Shown: piece after piece, positions 59,360 through 64,000 of the stretch
Layout: every line of letters starts with the position of its first letter
Position numbering within the stretch: the first letter of the stretch is position 1
Assembly: GCA_017626145.1 (NCBI GenBank)
Contig: JAGAJK010000044.1
Coordinates: forward strand, 24,424 to 88,423
Source: Clostridia bacterium
Lineage (GTDB): Bacteria; Bacillota; Clostridia; RGIG6154
Direction of reading: 5' to 3'
DNA: 64,000 bases
The notes under the pieces: generated by a model
Database searches by the model: none
What the model saw: only the letters and a program-made list of their open reading frames with translations
What the model was told of the DNA's origin: nothing
Position numbers and translations under genes: made by a program

Positions 59360-61129
59360 ATGGAAAAATTTGATGTTTTCTCAATTTTAACTCTTTTAGG
59401 CGGACTTGCATTATTCCTTTACGGAATGGAATTAATGGGTGACGGCTTAAAACGTCTTGCAGGCGGAAAGCTTGAATCCATTCTTTCAAAGCTCACGGCA
59501 AATAAATTCAAGGGCTTTTTACTTGGTTTCGTCGTAACAGCTATAATTCAGTCAAGCTCGGCAACAACAGTTATGCTTGTAGGCTTTGTTAACTCAGGCA
59601 TTATGAAATTAGGACAGGTAATAAGCATTGTTCTTGGTGCAAATATCGGTACAACTGTTACCGCATGGCTCCTAAGTTCATCGGAAATCAGCGGTACATT
59701 ATGGTGGACAAAGCTTTTTAAGCCCGATACATTTACACCTATTCTTACCGCAATCGGCGTTGTTATCATAATGATGTCAAAATCCGATAAGAAAAAGAAT
59801 ATTGCATCTATTTTACTTGGTTTTGGTATTTTAATGTTCGGTATGGATGCAATGAGCGGAGCAGTTAACGGTCTTAAGGATATGCCCCAGTTCCAGAATC
59901 TTCTCGTATTCTTCGGCAACAACCCTGTTATGGGTATTCTTGTGGGAACATTACTTACTGCTGTCATTCAGTCATCTTCCGCTTCAGTTGGTATTTTGCA
60001 GGCAATGTCTCTTACCGGTGCTATCCCTTTTACAACTGCAATTCCTATCATTTTAGGTCAGAATATCGGCACAACAATAACACCTGTTGTTTCTGCAATT
60101 ACAGGTAATACAGACTCAAAAAGAGTTGCTGCAATCTGTGTATATACAAAAATAATCGGTGTTATAATTGTTGCAACTGTATTTTATATACTTAATGCAA
60201 TTATGGACTTTGCGTTTATGAGTCAGGCAGTAACTCCTGTAACCATTGCTTTTGTTCACACATTGTTCAATATAATTTCAACAGTAGTCCTCTTTCCGTT
60301 CCTCGGACTTATTGAAAAGCTTGCAATTAAAACAATTAAAGGCAAAAAGAAGGAAGAAACAAACGAATTTGCTACCCTTGATAAACGTTTCCTTGATATG
60401 CCGGAATTCGCTGTTGAACAGTGTCACGATATAGTAAATAAAATGGCACTTATAACAAAAGACTGCATTATCGACTCTATAAGTCTTATTGATAACGGCT
60501 ATAACGAAGCACTTATCAAAAAAATCAGAAACACAGAAGATACTGTTGACCAATACGAAGATAAAACAAGCACATACCTCGTCAAACTCGGTTCAACTCA
60601 GTTAAGCGCACAGAAGAGTAAAGAAGTCAGCGAGCTTTTACATGTTGTAGGTGACGTTGAAAGAATTTCCGACCACTCTGTTAATATCTGTGATGTTGCT
60701 GAAGAAATACACAATAAAGGTATTGAATTTTCTGAACAGGCACAAAAGGATATTATGGTTATTTCAAGAGCTGTACGCGATATTATCAACTTAACCTTCA
60801 GCGCTCTTGAGCTTGAGGATTTGTCACTTGCCAAAAAGGTTGAACCACTTGAACAGGTTATTGACAGACTTAAGAGAAAAATCAAAGCAGGTCATATTGA
60901 AAGACTTAAGGAGGGTAACTGTACTGTTGAACTTGGTTTCGTTCTTTCCGACCTTTTAACAAACTATGAAAGAGTAGCAGACCATTGTTCAAACATTGCG
61001 GTTTGTCTTCTTGAGATTGCAAACGGCAGCTTTGATACTCACGAATACTTAAATCACGTTAAAAACGACGGTGAAAATGACTTTGCACTCTTCTACGAAG
61101 CATACAAAGCAAAATATCCGTTAAACTGA
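59360..61129 (+). CDS. Na/Pi cotransporter with PhoU domains
   Basis: Two QSSS / NIGTT repeats and C-terminal ERISDH/ERVADH motifs. Confidence 0.93.
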   Translation: MEKFDVFSILTLLGGLALFLYGMELMGDGLKRLAGGKLESILSKLTANKFKGFLLGFVVTAIIQSSSATTVMLVGFVNSGIMKLGQVISIVLGANIGTTVTAWLLSSSEISGTLWWTKLFKPDTFTPILTAIGVVIIMMSKSDKKKNIASILLGFGILMFGMDAMSGAVNGLKDMPQFQNLLVFFGNNPVMGILVGTLLTAVIQSSSASVGILQAMSLTGAIPFTTAIPIILGQNIGTTITPVVSAITGNTDSKRVAAICVYTKIIGVIIVATVFYILNAIMDFAFMSQAVTPVTIAFVHTLFNIISTVVLFPFLGLIEKLAIKTIKGKKKEETNEFATLDKRFLDMPEFAVEQCHDIVNKMALITKDCIIDSISLIDNGYNEALIKKIRNTEDTVDQYEDKTSTYLVKLGSTQLSAQKSKEVSELLHVVGDVERISDHSVNICDVAEEIHNKGIEFSEQAQKDIMVISRAVRDIINLTFSALELEDLSLAKKVEPLEQVIDRLKRKIKAGHIERLKEGNCTVELGFVLSDLLTNYERVADHCSNIAVCLLEIANGSFDTHEYLNHVKNDGENDFALFYEAYKAKYPLN

Positions 61130-61196
61130 TAAGAAAAAATGAACCGGCACATTATTTGCTGTCCGGTTCATTTTCGTGTTTTCAAAGGAGTTTAAA

Positions 61197-62009
61197 ATGA
61201 AAATTCAACATGAATCACATAACAGAATTATGGTTTTTTGGCCCGAATTCAAATCATCCGAAAAATCCACTTATTTTCATTGGCACGAAAACATTGAATT
61301 CATATATGTTTTAAGTGACAGCTTTAAAATACTTATTGACAGTACGACCTATGAAGCTAAAAAAGGTGATTTAATTTTTATCGGTGAGCATTGTGTGCAC
61401 TTGTTTTTAAGTAGTGGCACTATGTATCTTGGTCAGTTTTCTGTTTCTTTACTTCTTGGTGGTCATCAGTCCTTAAAACCTGTAAAGCCTCACATAACAG
61501 CAGAGGAAATTGCAAACGACCCTGTTTTGGCGAATCGTTTAAACCACCTTTTTGAACTTATGAAAACTACAAATATTGTTGAAAAAAATGATAAAAACAT
61601 TTTTGCTCAAAATATTTTTTCAGCTTTTTACTTTGCAGTGGCAGAAAAATTCCCTCAGGAAGAACAGAAAAGCAGCTCAAAAAAGGAAAGAAAAGACTTC
61701 TACGGAATAGTTAACTTTATAAACGAACATTTCTCAGAAAATATAACTGTTACGAATATCGCCAAAAGCTTATATATGGACAGAGGTAAGTTATCAAAGC
61801 TGTTTACTAAGTATTCGGCAATGTCTGTCAGCGACTACATTAATAATCTTCGCATCACCAAAGCTAAGGAATTGCTTGAAAACGGATATTCTGTTACACA
61901 AGCCGCTCTTGAAAGCGGATTTCAATCGGTAAGAACATTTAACAACATATACAAAAACATAACAGGCACAACACCATCGCAACGCAAACAAAAAAACCAC
62001 TTCGATTAA
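61197..62009 (+). CDS. AraC family regulator
   Basis: HWHENIE cupin motif and SGFQSVRTFN HTH. Confidence 0.92.
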   Translation: MKIQHESHNRIMVFWPEFKSSEKSTYFHWHENIEFIYVLSDSFKILIDSTTYEAKKGDLIFIGEHCVHLFLSSGTMYLGQFSVSLLLGGHQSLKPVKPHITAEEIANDPVLANRLNHLFELMKTTNIVEKNDKNIFAQNIFSAFYFAVAEKFPQEEQKSSSKKERKDFYGIVNFINEHFSENITVTNIAKSLYMDRGKLSKLFTKYSAMSVSDYINNLRITKAKELLENGYSVTQAALESGFQSVRTFNNIYKNITGTTPSQRKQKNHFD

Positions 62010-62035
62010 CAATGATGAAGTGGTTTTCTTTATAT

Positions 62036-63094
62036 TTAAAATTCAACAGCTTTGCCTGTTTCTGCAGATTTATATATTGCATTTAATATTTCAACAAGAA
62101 TTATTGCATCGTCAGCTCTGCATATACATTCGGTTTTGTTTATGCAGCAATCAACAAAATGGTTTATTTCCTCTTCAAAAACATCGACATCATCGATTAG
62201 CGGTGTAGATTTGTTAAAATAACAATCTTCGGTCAGTTCAAGAATTTCAAGCTTTTTGTCATTTGAAAAAGGCTCCATTCTTGCTCCTGCCTTTTCTCCG
62301 CCGATGTCTATATGAAATGTCATATCCGGATAAAGAAATACTGAACTTGACTTGATATCAATACATGCTCCATTATCAAGTATTATGTGAGCACTTGCAA
62401 AGCTTTCAACCGTTTTGTCATAGCTGTTATTGTCAAGAGAATTGTATCCGGTTGTGCCGCCTTTGATTTTATCGGGTAAATCTCCATTCACATCGCTTGT
62501 AAATCCCTGAACGCTTTTCGGCTTTGGGTATCCCATAAGATAAAGCAGTAAATCAAGCTCGTGAATAGCTACATCAAATAAAATACCTCCCGACTTCGTC
62601 TTGTCTATAAACCATCCGTTGCGTTGTGAACAGCGAGATAATCTTGAGCTTTCCGCATATACAAAGTCGCCCATTTTACCATTGTCAATATATCTTTTAA
62701 GATACTGCACCTGAGACCTGAATCTGCACACAAAGCCATACATTAAAAGCTTACCCGTTTCTTTTGCGGTTGCAACACATTTTCTCACATCATCGGCAGT
62801 AAGCGCCGGCGGTTTTTCGCAAAGCACATTTTTCCCTTTTTTTAAGGCATCAATAACGATTTCTGTATGAGTAAATGTGGGCGTTACAATGCTTACGGCA
62901 TCTATTTCTTTATCCGCAAGTAATTCTTTATAGTCCGAATAAACTTTTTCTATTCCGTATTCTTGAGCCCTCTGGTTTGCAAGAGAAAAATTAACATCAG
63001 TAATAGCAACGATTTTACATTTATCGTTCTTTTTATATGAAGCGAGATGACTGTTTGAAATTGCTCCTGCTCCAATTATGCCAATTCTTAACAT
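62036..63094 (-). CDS. Gfo/Idh/MocA oxidoreductase
   Basis: GIIGAG, CEKP and GGILFDVAIHELD motifs. Confidence 0.93.
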   Translation of the reverse strand: MLRIGIIGAGAISNSHLASYKKNDKCKIVAITDVNFSLANQRAQEYGIEKVYSDYKELLADKEIDAVSIVTPTFTHTEIVIDALKKGKNVLCEKPPALTADDVRKCVATAKETGKLLMYGFVCRFRSQVQYLKRYIDNGKMGDFVYAESSRLSRCSQRNGWFIDKTKSGGILFDVAIHELDLLLYLMGYPKPKSVQGFTSDVNGDLPDKIKGGTTGYNSLDNNSYDKTVESFASAHIILDNGACIDIKSSSVFLYPDMTFHIDIGGEKAGARMEPFSNDKKLEILELTEDCYFNKSTPLIDDVDVFEEEINHFVDCCINKTECICRADDAIILVEILNAIYKSAETGKAVEF

Positions 63095-63099
63095 TAACC

Positions 63100-63969
63100 T
63101 TACCTCGAGTTAGTTCTTTCGTTATGCCATTCATTGAATACGCTGACATTTTCGGTTAGCTGGTCGTGGTACTTTGAAAATACACCTGCTACCGCAATAT
63201 CGTTTGGTTTAAGAGTGGTAAAAATCGTATCATAAGTGTTCTTTATAAGTGCTCTTCGTTCTTCCTCGTTATGCTGAACAAGCATCTGTCCGCCTGCAAA
63301 AATCTTAAATGCAATTATCGGCTTTTCAATATTCTTAAGAACATTAAGCATAACAGGTCTGTCTTCGGGGACAATTACAATACCCGACTTGCTTTTTCCT
63401 GTAATAAATCCGCTTTCCTCACCTTCACGCTGTCTGCGGAGATTATACATACAAGCCATATAAAAGTCAACATCCCAACCTTCTTTTTCACATAATTCAA
63501 CAAGTTCAGGATGATGTGTACCAAACCCGACAGGAACACCGCTTTCCTTTAATTTTCCAAGCATGGCAACGATTTCATCGTTTCTTCCCGTTTCAAATCT
63601 TACATCGTTATATGTGCCTGAAAGATATAAACCTATAGGGTCAACCGACATCATCTGCTGAATGGTTATGTCAGCAGTCTGAAGAGATGTCATCAAAGGT
63701 CCCCAGGTCTGGAAAATAAAATTCATTTTTCCGCCACTATTTCTGTAACGCTGAAGAATTCTTATAATATACGGGTCTGCCAGAGGAAGCATTGTATTAA
63801 TACCAAGTTCCTCCATTTTATGCATTTCTTCAAGTATTTTTTCTTCGGTATAATAATTACGCATATCCGCACCCGGAACAAAATCCGTTATGTAGGAATG
63901 TCCGTTAAACGGATTATCGCCTATAATAAGCTTTGATACCTTATGGCCTAAAAAGTTAACATATTCCAT
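63100..63969 (-). CDS. Uncharacterized aldo/keto-reductase-like protein
   Basis: VSKLIIGDNPF N-terminus, GFGTH and IAFKIFAGG motifs; operonic with the Gfo gene. Confidence 0.6.
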   Translation of the reverse strand: MEYVNFLGHKVSKLIIGDNPFNGHSYITDFVPGADMRNYYTEEKILEEMHKMEELGINTMLPLADPYIIRILQRYRNSGGKMNFIFQTWGPLMTSLQTADITIQQMMSVDPIGLYLSGTYNDVRFETGRNDEIVAMLGKLKESGVPVGFGTHHPELVELCEKEGWDVDFYMACMYNLRRQREGEESGFITGKSKSGIVIVPEDRPVMLNVLKNIEKPIIAFKIFAGGQMLVQHNEEERRALIKNTYDTIFTTLKPNDIAVAGVFSKYHDQLTENVSVFNEWHNERTNSR

Positions 63970-64000
63970 ATCTTGTTCCTCCTTTAAGGATTCGTTTTTG

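Overview
AT-rich chromosomal segment from a spore-forming Clostridia-class bacterium (spoVA genes, CIRCE-controlled hrcA-grpE-dnaK-dnaJ-prmA, SLH-type proteins). From left to right it holds: part of a surface-polysaccharide locus, a GGDEF cyclase, a GH127 enzyme, and a tRNA-Asp/tRNA-Thr operon followed by a mosaic of tRNA-Thr fragments and palindromic modules. Then come rluA, a beta-helix/maf/GH38 operon, uppP, DUF1385-prmC, mecA, and an AraC-flanked catabolic block with two compact 703-aa glycyl radical enzymes (GREs) but no intact activase. After that are pfk, nrdDG, the heat-shock operon, a MITE before spoVAC-D-E, a lysine-riboswitch transporter, an orphan amidase-holin pair, a Na/Pi transporter and sugar oxidoreductases. 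No CRISPR array, intact transposase, integrase or prophage is visible. The best leads are the activase-less GRE pair (with a possible eroded activase stub), a split and partly inverted tRNA-Thr copy, a structured RNA between the two tRNAs, several MITE-like intergenic elements, a candidate sRNA and the phage-free lysis cassette. All calls come from motif recognition by eye; no database search was run.
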